Shown here piece by piece: positions 51,789 through 60,900 of a DNA stretch of 64,000 bases (position 1 is the first letter of the stretch; each line of letters opens with the position of its first letter). Below the pieces are notes generated by a model, which saw only the letters and a list, made by a program, of their open reading frames with translations, had not been told where the DNA came from and made no database searches. The position numbers were made by a program, and so were the translations under genes. Source of the stretch: a virus (Duplodnaviria; Heunggongvirae; Uroviricota; Caudoviricetes); IMG/VR virus record IMGVR_UViG_2757320620_000001, positions 31,417 to 95,416 of that record; one strand, 5' to 3'.

Positions 51789-52351
51789 TCGAGCCTGATT
51801 ACAATGAGAGCATCTGGACGCTGGATTCCCACACCGGCGACTATGCGCTCCTGACCCTCAATAAGGACGCTGGGCACGCCTGTGTCATCCGCTGCGTTGA
51901 CGGTGACTGGGAGACCAACGATAGCGGCACGCTCGAGGCGATGCGCCGGAAGTTCATGCGCGTGACCGGCAAGACCTTCCCACAAGGTCTCGGCCGCGAC
52001 TCTTTTGACGCAGCCTATCCGCCTGGCGAATGGGTTCAGGTGGACGCGCTCTTTCTCGATGGCTTCGACTATTATCTTTGGCAAGGCGGCCCCAACCCCA
52101 AAAGACCCCTTGGGGTCTGCGTGCGAGTTACCCAGCATAGCTTCCGCTGGGAGGTTCTTGATCAAGGTGAGTATCCAACGGTTCACCACACGATGACGGG
52201 TTTCAAAGCAACGGTAGGCGCGCAGCCGATTGAATGGACTCATGCCGGGCATCCGCCGCAGCACCGCTGCACTTGTAGCGCCTGCGCCGACGGCAGGGCG
52301 GAAGAGGCAACGCGAACCTATGCCGGCAACCCAAATTTCGGGCGGTTCTGA
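51785..52351 (+). CDS. hypothetical protein ending in ...NPNFGRF, paralog of the next gene
   Basis: Shares GLGRDSFDAAYPPGEWVQVDALF with GIGYDSFDKAFPHAEWEQLDAFT of 52351..52671. GTGA-coupled start. Confidence 0.45.
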   Translation: MIEPDYNESIWTLDSHTGDYALLTLNKDAGHACVIRCVDGDWETNDSGTLEAMRRKFMRVTGKTFPQGLGRDSFDAAYPPGEWVQVDALFLDGFDYYLWQGGPNPKRPLGVCVRVTQHSFRWEVLDQGEYPTVHHTMTGFKATVGAQPIEWTHAGHPPQHRCTCSACADGRAEEATRTYAGNPNFGRF

Positions 52352-52671
52352 TGCTCCAGAAAGGTATCGGCTACGACTCCTTCGACAAGGCCTTCCCGCA
52401 TGCCGAATGGGAGCAGCTCGACGCCTTCACGACCAAGAACGACATCGGCTACACGCTATGGAGAATGCGCGGCGTCCGCGGACCAAATCCACCCGCCTTT
52501 AGCTCGAGCTCGCACCTCGACATCGATGGCGATCTCGCCTGGCAGCAGGTCCACAAAGGGAATCTTTGGCGGGTGCAGGAGAGCTGGGATCGAGCCAAGG
52601 CGAACCTCGCATATGTGCCACCGCCGAAGGTCGACGAGTATGCCGCGCACCCCAACTTCGGGCGGTTCTGA
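52351..52671 (+). CDS. hypothetical protein ending in ...HPNFGRF, paralog of the previous gene
   Basis: TGATG-coupled. Carries the shared C-terminal tail. Confidence 0.45.
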   Translation: MLQKGIGYDSFDKAFPHAEWEQLDAFTTKNDIGYTLWRMRGVRGPNPPAFSSSSHLDIDGDLAWQQVHKGNLWRVQESWDRAKANLAYVPPPKVDEYAAHPNFGRF

Positions 52672-52767
52672 CAATCTATTTGGCATGTGAAAACAGCCAC
52701 TTACTACCAGATACTATGCCTAGATTTGTCGTTCTATGATTGATCATAGTCAACGCGAGGAAACATA

Positions 52768-53058
52768 ATGAAAACGCTCGACCAGCTTCTCAAGCACTGC
52801 GCGGACACCGGCATGATGATGGTCTGCTACTACGACGATCCGAGCGAGCCGGACTACAGAGGCACCGACCAGGCGCAAGCCAAGGAAGCGCTCGAGGCGT
52901 GCGACGAAATGCGCCTCATCATACTCGACGCCGACGGCAAACGCTGGGGCTGGGCGCACATCGTCAACGATCACGACCAGGATCCAGAAGAGCAGATTGC
53001 CGACCACACGACCGGCGACCAGCTCGACGCCTGGATGCAAGAGGGAGAACAGGCATGA
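52768..53058 (+). CDS. hypothetical acidic protein (96 aa)
   Basis: GGAAACATA RBS. Confidence 0.4.
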   Translation: MKTLDQLLKHCADTGMMMVCYYDDPSEPDYRGTDQAQAKEALEACDEMRLIILDADGKRWGWAHIVNDHDQDPEEQIADHTTGDQLDAWMQEGEQA

Positions 53059-53531
53059 GAACCGACGAACAGATCGTCATGGAAACGAACGACCTTGCCC
53101 GGCTGATGCTGGGCGAGCTGGTGGGCACGGGTTACGTGGCGCCGGACGGGCACAAGTTCTGGGAGGCGGCCGATCCGCGCTCGCAGAAGGCCTGGGCGGC
53201 TGCCGTCAAGGCGATGGAGCTGATCACCAAGACCGAGGTCGAGGATGCGCTCAACAACTATCTCGCTGACCTCGAGGCGAAGCCAAAGGTCTATCGATCA
53301 CCCACCGGCAATGTCATCGTCGGCACCGCGGAGACCGTGCTGGCGCTGGCGCAAATCATCGGCATCAACCAGGACGGCACGCCTGAATATGAAGGTGGAA
53401 CCACAATCCATTGGGATACTCAGCGGACGCTCACACGCGATGGTAAGATTCTCTTCACCGACGAGGCCGGCGAGGACTGGACTTTCGACCAGCTCACTGA
53501 AAACGAGGAGGATACCGATGGAGACCAGTGA
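53055..53531 (+). CDS. hypothetical protein (158 aa)
   Basis: ATGA-coupled. Confidence 0.4.
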   Translation: MRTDEQIVMETNDLARLMLGELVGTGYVAPDGHKFWEAADPRSQKAWAAAVKAMELITKTEVEDALNNYLADLEAKPKVYRSPTGNVIVGTAETVLALAQIIGINQDGTPEYEGGTTIHWDTQRTLTRDGKILFTDEAGEDWTFDQLTENEEDTDGDQ

Positions 53532-53946
53532 TATCTGGAAGAAGGTCAAGATCGATCCGGAGCTGGCGAAGCACGTCGTCCTCTCGCCCGCTGATGTTCT
53601 GCACCTTGCCGAGCTGGCCGCTTGTGCTGAAAATCCGGCCGAGTGGCTGTCTACCGAGCTGACCAACCGCGGTCAACAGCGCAAGAACCAGGTCGAGGCG
53701 CGGAAGATCCAGCGCATGAAGGAGGACGCAGCCCGGCTGCGCAACTTCGGCGCTTGGCCCGCTATTCCGGTGCTGGCGCTCAAAACGCAGCCCTGGGTCA
53801 CTGAGGCGGCCGGCACGATGCGCTTTGCGACCATCACGCGGATGACCATCGAGCGCGGCGCGCCTATTCTTGTCGTGGTCGATGATGGGCCAAACGAGAC
53901 CTTCGACAGCGTTGAGGATCTCGTCAAGGTGTGGAGCGTCGACTGA
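53518..53946 (+). CDS. hypothetical protein (142 aa)
   Basis: Overlaps the upstream gene by 14 nt in another frame. Confidence 0.35.
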   Translation: METSDIWKKVKIDPELAKHVVLSPADVLHLAELAACAENPAEWLSTELTNRGQQRKNQVEARKIQRMKEDAARLRNFGAWPAIPVLALKTQPWVTEAAGTMRFATITRMTIERGAPILVVVDDGPNETFDSVEDLVKVWSVD

Positions 53947-54338
53947 TGCAGCTCGCCTTCACCATCGCTGCTGCCGAAGAGACCGAGGAAGAGCCCGAGC
54001 GGATCGACCTCTCCTCACCTGAAGACGTGCTGATCGAGGTGATCATGCACGACCCGGCCGGCTCCAAGACCGACTGGGAAAATTTCGGCATCGAATCCAC
54101 GACCGTCATCAACGGTAAGGAAGGCATCACCGGCGCCGCTGAATACGAGCGCTGCTATGGCACCTCCCTCGACTACACGATCAAGGATCTCATCGATCCG
54201 CCAGGCGAAGGCTGGTTCGTGGTTCAGGGCGTGACCGCAAAATTCCACCGCGGCGACGGCTGGACGACCGATGACGACATGAGCTTCTGGCACGAGGCCG
54301 TGCGGCCGGCCACACCCGAGGAGATCGCAGAGGCATGA
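53946..54338 (+). CDS. hypothetical protein (130 aa)
   Basis: TGATG-coupled. Confidence 0.35.
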   Translation: MQLAFTIAAAEETEEEPERIDLSSPEDVLIEVIMHDPAGSKTDWENFGIESTTVINGKEGITGAAEYERCYGTSLDYTIKDLIDPPGEGWFVVQGVTAKFHRGDGWTTDDDMSFWHEAVRPATPEEIAEA

Positions 54339-54565
54339 CCAATCCCAAATATTTCGTCCTCAACGAGCACACGCTCGGCTACACGATCGAGGAGACGCCT
54401 GGCTGGTTTGGTATCCTGCACGCCAGCATCCTCAAGGGCAGCACCTACGATCGTCTGAGCGGACCAGTGGTGATCTCGCCGAGCGACACGCTCCGGCCGG
54501 CCACCAAGGCTGACTTCGACGAATACCGCGTCTCCTGGAAAGGACACCTCGATGAAAATAGTTGA
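54335..54565 (+). CDS. hypothetical protein (76 aa)
   Basis: ATGA-coupled. Confidence 0.35.
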   Translation: MTNPKYFVLNEHTLGYTIEETPGWFGILHASILKGSTYDRLSGPVVISPSDTLRPATKADFDEYRVSWKGHLDENS

Positions 54566-54725
54566 TCGCAAATGCCCGGAGTGCGGCGTTCCCTTCGACG
54601 AGCTGCCCTGGCAGGAATGCGAGACCCATCGCAGACACCAGGCGGACGAGCCGGAGCTCACCGAGGACGAACACGAGGTTTATAGAGAAGACGTTCTCGC
54701 CGAAGTCACCCAGGAGCAGTCATGA
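54552..54725 (+). CDS. unlisted small zinc-ribbon protein (57 aa; MKIVDRKCPECGVPFDELPWQECETHRRHQ...)
   Basis: ATG 54552. Its stop overlaps the ATG at 54722 (ATGA). Cys pair CPEC plus C/H cluster. Below the ORF-track cutoff. Confidence 0.35.
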   Translation: MKIVDRKCPECGVPFDELPWQECETHRRHQADEPELTEDEHEVYREDVLAEVTQEQS

Positions 54726-54919
54726 CCAAGCAAGTAAAGAACGAAATTGCGGTGCTCCGGCTCGCCCAGGCGCTCAAGGATTTCGACGACTGCAATCCTG
54801 ACGTCGGTATGGGGCCGTCCAACGACTATTTCATTGAGCAGGCTGCCCGACAGCTCAGCCTCGAAACCGCGGACTATGACGCCAAGCACGTCGAGGATCT
54901 GATGAGGGCGGCGCGGTAA
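54722..54919 (+). CDS. hypothetical protein (65 aa)
   Basis: ATGA-coupled. Confidence 0.35.
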   Translation: MTKQVKNEIAVLRLAQALKDFDDCNPDVGMGPSNDYFIEQAARQLSLETADYDAKHVEDLMRAAR

Positions 54920-55161
54920 TGGGCGTCTGGCGCTATTGCGAGTGTGGTCAAGGCACCTCCTTCCCTGACGCAGACGAGCACATACAGGGCTACCAGCGCT
55001 GCGCGGCATGTAACGCCGAGGTGCCGGTTAACGAAGACGAGCGCCGGCGTTTCTTCCTCGAAATGCACGAGCGCCTGCAGAAGGTCGAGCACCAGGTCGC
55101 CATGCTGATCAAAGCGACCAAGCTGCTCGCGCAGCCGCACAGGAGGGCAAACCAATCATGA
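54919..55161 (+). CDS. small zinc-ribbon protein (CECG ... CAAC)
   Basis: TAATG-coupled. Confidence 0.35.
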   Translation: MGVWRYCECGQGTSFPDADEHIQGYQRCAACNAEVPVNEDERRRFFLEMHERLQKVEHQVAMLIKATKLLAQPHRRANQS

Positions 55162-55343
55162 CGACCTACACCAACATGGGGCGGTTCGAGAACGACAGCG
55201 AGGCCACAGTTAAATTCATGTGCGACGGCTGCTCGCACGAGTATGTCGCCATCTGCCGCGAATGCTACGTTGAAAACCACCCCTACAGCTATTACGCGAC
55301 GAAATGCGCCAAATGCGGCACCTACAATCAAGAGGTTTCCTGA
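55158..55343 (+). CDS. small zinc-ribbon protein (CDGC ... CREC ... CAKCG)
   Basis: ATGA-coupled. 61 aa with three Cys pairs. Confidence 0.4.
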   Translation: MTTYTNMGRFENDSEATVKFMCDGCSHEYVAICRECYVENHPYSYYATKCAKCGTYNQEVS

Positions 55344-55538
55344 CCACCGATAATCAATAGTTATCGGAAGCGAGCCACGCCGCCCGCGAATCCCATGGCT
55401 GACGGAAGAGACGAGTCCAGCCGCTTCCGTTAACGTTTCATTAATCCTAAATATCAAGGTCTTATTAACCCTTCGGTTTTCGCCGATGGACTCCTTTTCG
55501 CCATGGGTATATCCATGGGAACGAAAGGAGAACGCGCA

Positions 55539-55811
55539 ATGAGAGATAGACCCAATTTTCAGGGCGACTGGTTTGTGCATGCGATCGATATCCAAGGACC
55601 GCACGACGAGAAGCCTCAGAAGGTAGGCGGGATAGATAACGCCGGCGCTGCCCAGGCCGCCTTCAAATACCTGGTGAGCTCCGAGCCGCCCGACCGGATC
55701 ATCACACTGCGCGACGGCGCCCGCGTCATGGACCGACAGAATGGACGTGCCGTCTGGGAGCCAACGATATCGCGCTGGGTCGAGGCGTCGGCCGAGCGAA
55801 ATGATCCGTAA
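55539..55811 (+). CDS. hypothetical protein (90 aa)
   Basis: GAAAGGAGAACGCGCA RBS before ATG 55539. Confidence 0.4.
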   Translation: MRDRPNFQGDWFVHAIDIQGPHDEKPQKVGGIDNAGAAQAAFKYLVSSEPPDRIITLRDGARVMDRQNGRAVWEPTISRWVEASAERNDP

Positions 55812-56246
55812 TCTTCCACCCGCTTTCCAAAGCGCAACGTGCGATAACAAATCATCGACAGAGAGAAAGCAGAAAGCGAGCAAACAGTGAGATCGCCATG
55901 TGAACGATGAGGGTAGCTACCTCGACCGCAAATAGCTCGGCTCCGATTAAGGCCGTCACGCTCATACGGTAGGCAGACCGCTAAATAGGAGATGGGCAAG
56001 AGGCTCTACCTCCCGGCTGCTGAGCCCGATAGTCGCCCACTCGTCAGAGATCCGGGGTGAAACCAACCTTCTGTATGCCGCAAACCAACGGCCCCGGCGC
56101 GCGCATTGTCACAGTGAAGCAACCGCTTGATTGCTCACGATCCACTCCTAGACCCGTATCCCGCGGCCTTCCCTGCCTGACACCCGGCATATGTGCAGTG
56201 ATGACGGTGCGGAGTGTGATCAATGAACAATCGATGGAGACGTGAG

Positions 56247-56438
56247 ATGGCAATTCTCGAGACCGAGGCCTCGCTGACCGAGGAGCTGAAAGCCTGGTGC
56301 GCCGACCAGAACCTCGAATGGCTGGAAGCCGAGGAGCTTCTGCTTAATCCGGATCTCTCCGCTACGCAGCGGCGATATCTCTCCAGCTTCCTTCTTCGCT
56401 GGGAAGCGGTCATGGCAGACGAGGACGCCGAGGCCTGA
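56247..56438 (+). CDS. hypothetical protein (63 aa)
   Basis: Weak call. Sits in a 1 kb stretch with little coding signal. Confidence 0.25.
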   Translation: MAILETEASLTEELKAWCADQNLEWLEAEELLLNPDLSATQRRYLSSFLLRWEAVMADEDAEA

Positions 56439-56799
56439 TATAAATCGGCGATTCGAGTGGTGGAAGCAGTAAGTGCCGGAGCCAGCCCGGCGCGCCGATG
56501 AAGATGGGCAACATCGGCATTGGCGAGTGCCTCGCCCTCGAAACGGAGGATGTCTATGTGGTGGATACCATTTAGCGTCACGTTCACGATAAGGAAAACC
56601 CGCACGAGCTGGCAAGCTACCGTGCGGGTCCAATTCCTGGCGTAAGCGTAAACGTTGGCAGGAGGTTCGCGCTTCCTGCCAACACTCCTGCAATATAGCC
56701 CGGCCGGCCATGGGCTTCAAGTGCCTCTCGCTGCCTGCCGCAATCCGCGTTGCGACATGCGAAAACAGATCATCGAAACGCAAGCGAGAGAGCGAAACG

Positions 56800-57246
56800 A
56801 TGATACAGCAGCCGCAAATCCACATCGAGCGCAACGCGGAATATTACGACGCGGGCTACAACGATCCAAGTCATTTCAGGGTCATAATCACGGTTCCGGG
56901 CGAGATCGGTCAGGTCATCGGCATGGCGTGCGTCGACTCGGCGAACAACGGCTACGGCGTTTTCAGCACGATCGGCGGTGAAATCGTCGACATCTACGGC
57001 AGCGAGTTCGAAAACGAGGAGCTGCAGTGGGCGCATTTCAGCTTCGGCAACGCCAATGCACGCATCAGCCGCAACGATGACGGCTCTTACGAGCTGAGCT
57101 TGGATTGTCAAAAACACGGCGAATACGAGGATGACTATCTCGACTATCTGGATTTCGGCTGGCGCATGGATAACGCGCTGCCGGATCTCTTCTGGATCGA
57201 GCCGGCGAACCTCATCCGCAAGTTGATCGCAGCAACAAAGCACTAA
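56800..57246 (+). CDS. hypothetical protein (148 aa)
   Basis: ATG 56800 after a GAGAGAGCGAAACG stretch. Confidence 0.4.
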   Translation: MIQQPQIHIERNAEYYDAGYNDPSHFRVIITVPGEIGQVIGMACVDSANNGYGVFSTIGGEIVDIYGSEFENEELQWAHFSFGNANARISRNDDGSYELSLDCQKHGEYEDDYLDYLDFGWRMDNALPDLFWIEPANLIRKLIAATKH

Positions 57247-57302
57247 GGCAAGTAGAGTGGCGCTTCTGGCGCCTTGTTTGCCGGCCGCTCCCATGGCGCT
57301 CT

Positions 57303-57323
57303 GGTAAATCAATATTTACTTAG
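57303..57323. promoter_or_regulatory. motif copy in reverse orientation (GGTAAATCAATATTTACTTAG; minus-strand reading TAAGTAAATATTGATTTACC)
   Basis: Between ORFs 56800..57246 and 57373..57642. Confidence 0.4.
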
Positions 57324-57372
57324 TTATCCATGCGGCTTACAATACTGCCTCAATCAATTGAGGATCAGCGCC

Positions 57373-57642
57373 ATGGCTAACCGTTTTACTTCCACGCTTG
57401 TCGAAGCTGCGAGCGCCGTCTGGTCGCCGGCTGGCGAATCCATTCTGCAACTCGACGCGCAAGACCCGAACGCCCAGGTCGAAATCATGGCGCGCGTCAG
57501 CAACACGGCTGCCTGGCACCGCGTCGGCCTGCTGGTGAACAACCGCGAGCACTTCGTCCGCCTGCCGAAATTCCCCTACCTGCAGGCGGTGATCGTCCGC
57601 AACACCGACGGCAAGACCATCACGGTCACTGACGACCAATGA
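57373..57642 (+). CDS. hypothetical protein, possibly tail-associated
   Basis: Sits upstream of the tail fiber. ATG 57373. Confidence 0.4.
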   Translation: MANRFTSTLVEAASAVWSPAGESILQLDAQDPNAQVEIMARVSNTAAWHRVGLLVNNREHFVRLPKFPYLQAVIVRNTDGKTITVTDDQ

Positions 57643-57956
57643 TCGTCACCATCCCGATAAAGCTGCCCGTGCGTGAGCCGCCGCGTCTGCGGCTGCTGCG
57701 TCGCCGTGGCCCGGTCGTCCCGCTGCCTGATCCCAGCGAGAGCGAAGCCGTGCTGCGCTTTACCGACGGAGCAATTGTCGCCCTCGCCGGCGATCAGGCT
57801 GCCTTTGACCTGGGCATCAATTCTGTCGGCGACCGCACGATCGGCGACCTCCCTATCCGCACCGAACTGTCCCTCACCGACCTGCTGCTTGTCCGCACGA
57901 GCGCCGGCTCGCGCAAGGTCACGCTCGGCGACCTCATCAACATTCTGGAGACCTAA
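57639..57956 (+). CDS. hypothetical protein, possibly tail-associated
   Basis: ATGA-coupled, and directly precedes the tail fiber gene. Confidence 0.4.
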   Translation: MIVTIPIKLPVREPPRLRLLRRRGPVVPLPDPSESEAVLRFTDGAIVALAGDQAAFDLGINSVGDRTIGDLPIRTELSLTDLLLVRTSAGSRKVTLGDLINILET

Positions 57957-60900
57957 ATGACTCGCCGCACCGTGAATGAACTGGCCGATGCATCGCCCGA
58001 GACCGTGGCGACCGGCTTTATGATCGTCGCCGATACCAACGGCAACGAGTATCGCGCTCCGACCTCGGTTCTGGGCGGCGCGCACATCTTCTTTACCGCC
58101 GAGGACAATCAGACGCCGTTCGTCTACGGCCGCCTGGTCAGCCCCGGTCATTCCGTCGTGGGCACACCCATCACGCTCACCGCAACGCCTATCCTGGGCG
58201 GCACGGCAGTCGTCAAGACAGCGACGACCGACGACCTGGGGGATTTCTCCTACGACTTCACCACCTCGCTGACGCGCGGCGTCACCTATATCATCGAGGC
58301 GCGCGCCGCTCTCTATCTGACGGCAACCACGGTCAAGCTGATCGCAGCCCTCGCGGCCCCGGTCAGCGGCGTCACCGCGACCTCGACCGGCAAGGTCGGT
58401 GATGTGATCGCCATCGACAATCCGGTCTTCAGCGGCAACCCGACGGCCTTCCGCTTCCGCTATCTGCGCGGCACGGCCTACGTCATTCCCGGCGCCGACC
58501 AGCAGAGCTACATGAGCCAGGCCGACGATGACGGCGACGTCATTACGGCGCAGGTCCAGGCGATCAATGCGGGCGGTGAAAGCCCCTGGTATAGCGCCAA
58601 CGCCATCGGCCCGATGACCAACAAGACGTCCGTGCTGCTGTCGAGCCCGGTGATTGCCGGCCCAACCACGCTCGGCGGCCGCATGACCGTCACCAGCCCC
58701 GGCGCTGCATCTCAGAACGCCATCATCAAGTCGGATGAGTGGCAGATCGACGGCGCCAAGATCCCCGCCCAGAAGGCACCAGCGACCCGCTATATGGCTG
58801 GCGCTGCCGGCACCGTGGCGCCGACCGCCTTCCCGGACGGCAGCAACCATCATGGCGTCGGGCTCAGCACCGCAACCTACACCGGCTCCAACACCTACAG
58901 CTACTCCGTCGGCATCAGCGCCACGGAGAACGACTACATCAACGTCGCCGTCGGTGCAGCCGGTGGCAACGAAGGCCCGCAGAAATACGACATCGCCATC
59001 AAGCACCTGAACTCCAACTCGGCGCTGCGCTTCCGCATGTATGCCGCAAAATACCGCGGTGGCGTGCTGGTCGAAGAAGTGCAGATGGCAAAGGTTGGCG
59101 TTTCCGGCGCCACGCAGTTCTCCCAGCTGGCCGTGTCCACGAACGCGCTCAGCCAGTGGACGATCACCTATGACTTCGGTGAATGGCTTGCCGGCGATAT
59201 CCTGGTTTTCCGGCAGAACGTGCTCAACACGTCCGCCTCGTCGGCCAACAGCTATCAGTGGGATGCTCGTGCCGGCGCCTCTTATGCGACGCTGCCGATC
59301 GGCGCGGTGCAGGATCTGCAGAAGACGCTGTCCGTCTTCACCACCCGTGGCGACATGGGCGGCAAGAAGGTGCGCCTCGCCCGGACCTTCACGAACAACA
59401 ACAACGAGATCGTCGCCTACTCCAACGAGATCACGCTCGAGGCCGCTGCAGGCCAGACCCTGGTGCCGGCAAACACGACCATGCCGGCGATCGTTGCCCG
59501 CTCCGACCGCTCCAACACGCCCTGGCAGATCGATCTCGGCGCCTGGAGCAATCAGCCGACCGGCTACACCGTCCAGTGGGTGGATAACGGCGTTGATATC
59601 GCCGGCGCCACGCTGATGAGCTACACGCCGACCACGGCGCAGGAAGGCCACACGATCACCTGCCGCGTCACGCCTTCCAACGCAATCGGCCCTGGTATTG
59701 CTCAGACCACGGCTGGGAAGGTCGTGCAGCCGGCTGCCATCTTCGCCAATGTTGCGACCGGCAATGACGGCAATGACGGCCTGACCGCTGAAACGGCCAA
59801 GCAGACGCTGGCGATCTCCGAGACGATCCCGACCGGCGCCACGCTGATCATGGCCGGTGACTTCGGCACCCGGCTGCGGGTTGGCAGCAACCGCAACTAT
59901 GAGGGCCTGGGGGCGGCGCTGACGTCGATCGGCGGCACCAATATCACCTATGCGATCGACCAATACACCGACGACGGCTCGCTCGGCCGCAGCTTCGTCA
60001 AGGTCTCCAAGATGACGATGCGCTCGGGTGACCGCGCCATCAACGCTCGCCAGGGCTCCAACTGGACGATCGAGGACGTCGTGCTGGCCGATGTCGGCTT
60101 CAGCCCGCTGGGCGGCATCGCAGAAAACGCCTCGGGCTTCATGTTCTATCGGGTCAACAGCCTGACGCTGACCCGTGTCGAGTTCAACCTGGTCAACTCG
60201 GACGCGCTCTTCTCCGACACCAACGACAGGGTGCTGATCCAGGACTGCAAATTCCTGCCGGTCGCCACGGTTGAAGGAGATACGATCCAGACCCGTGCCG
60301 ACCGCACGGTCAACAACGCGCCAGGTCCGCATCAGAAGGGCTTCATCCTGCGCGGCACGCTGCTGGACATGCATTCGCGCAAGACCTCGTCCGGCAAGGG
60401 CTGCCTGGTCACCAACATGCAGGACTACGCCTATATCCATGACAACGTCATGGACGGCAACAACTTCGTCCATGGCACCGACGAGGGCGACAACCAGGTC
60501 TTCTGCCGTAACGTCTCGCGGTATGCTCGCAAGAGCAGCTATTCGTTCGGCTATGCCATCGGTGGCTACGACAACCAACCGGCGTCGCACAATCACCAGA
60601 TCTACGACAACTCCTGGTATGACATGAACCGCGCCCTGTCGTTCACCGGGATCTCGGTCACGGGCTATACCGGCGAGAAGTCGGGTCGCGTCGATATCGT
60701 TGCGCATGACGAGACCATCGTGAAGTGCGCCAACGGCGTGCGTGTCGACCGGCCGACCTCGGGCCAGTTCCGCGGCTTTGTCTTCCACAACGTCACCAAG
60801 CCCCAGGACCGGACGCTGACCACGCTGCCGGCCGGTGGTGATATTCAGGCGTTCCTGTGGCAGGATCACTTCACCTATAACGGATCTGTCGCGGCTCCGC

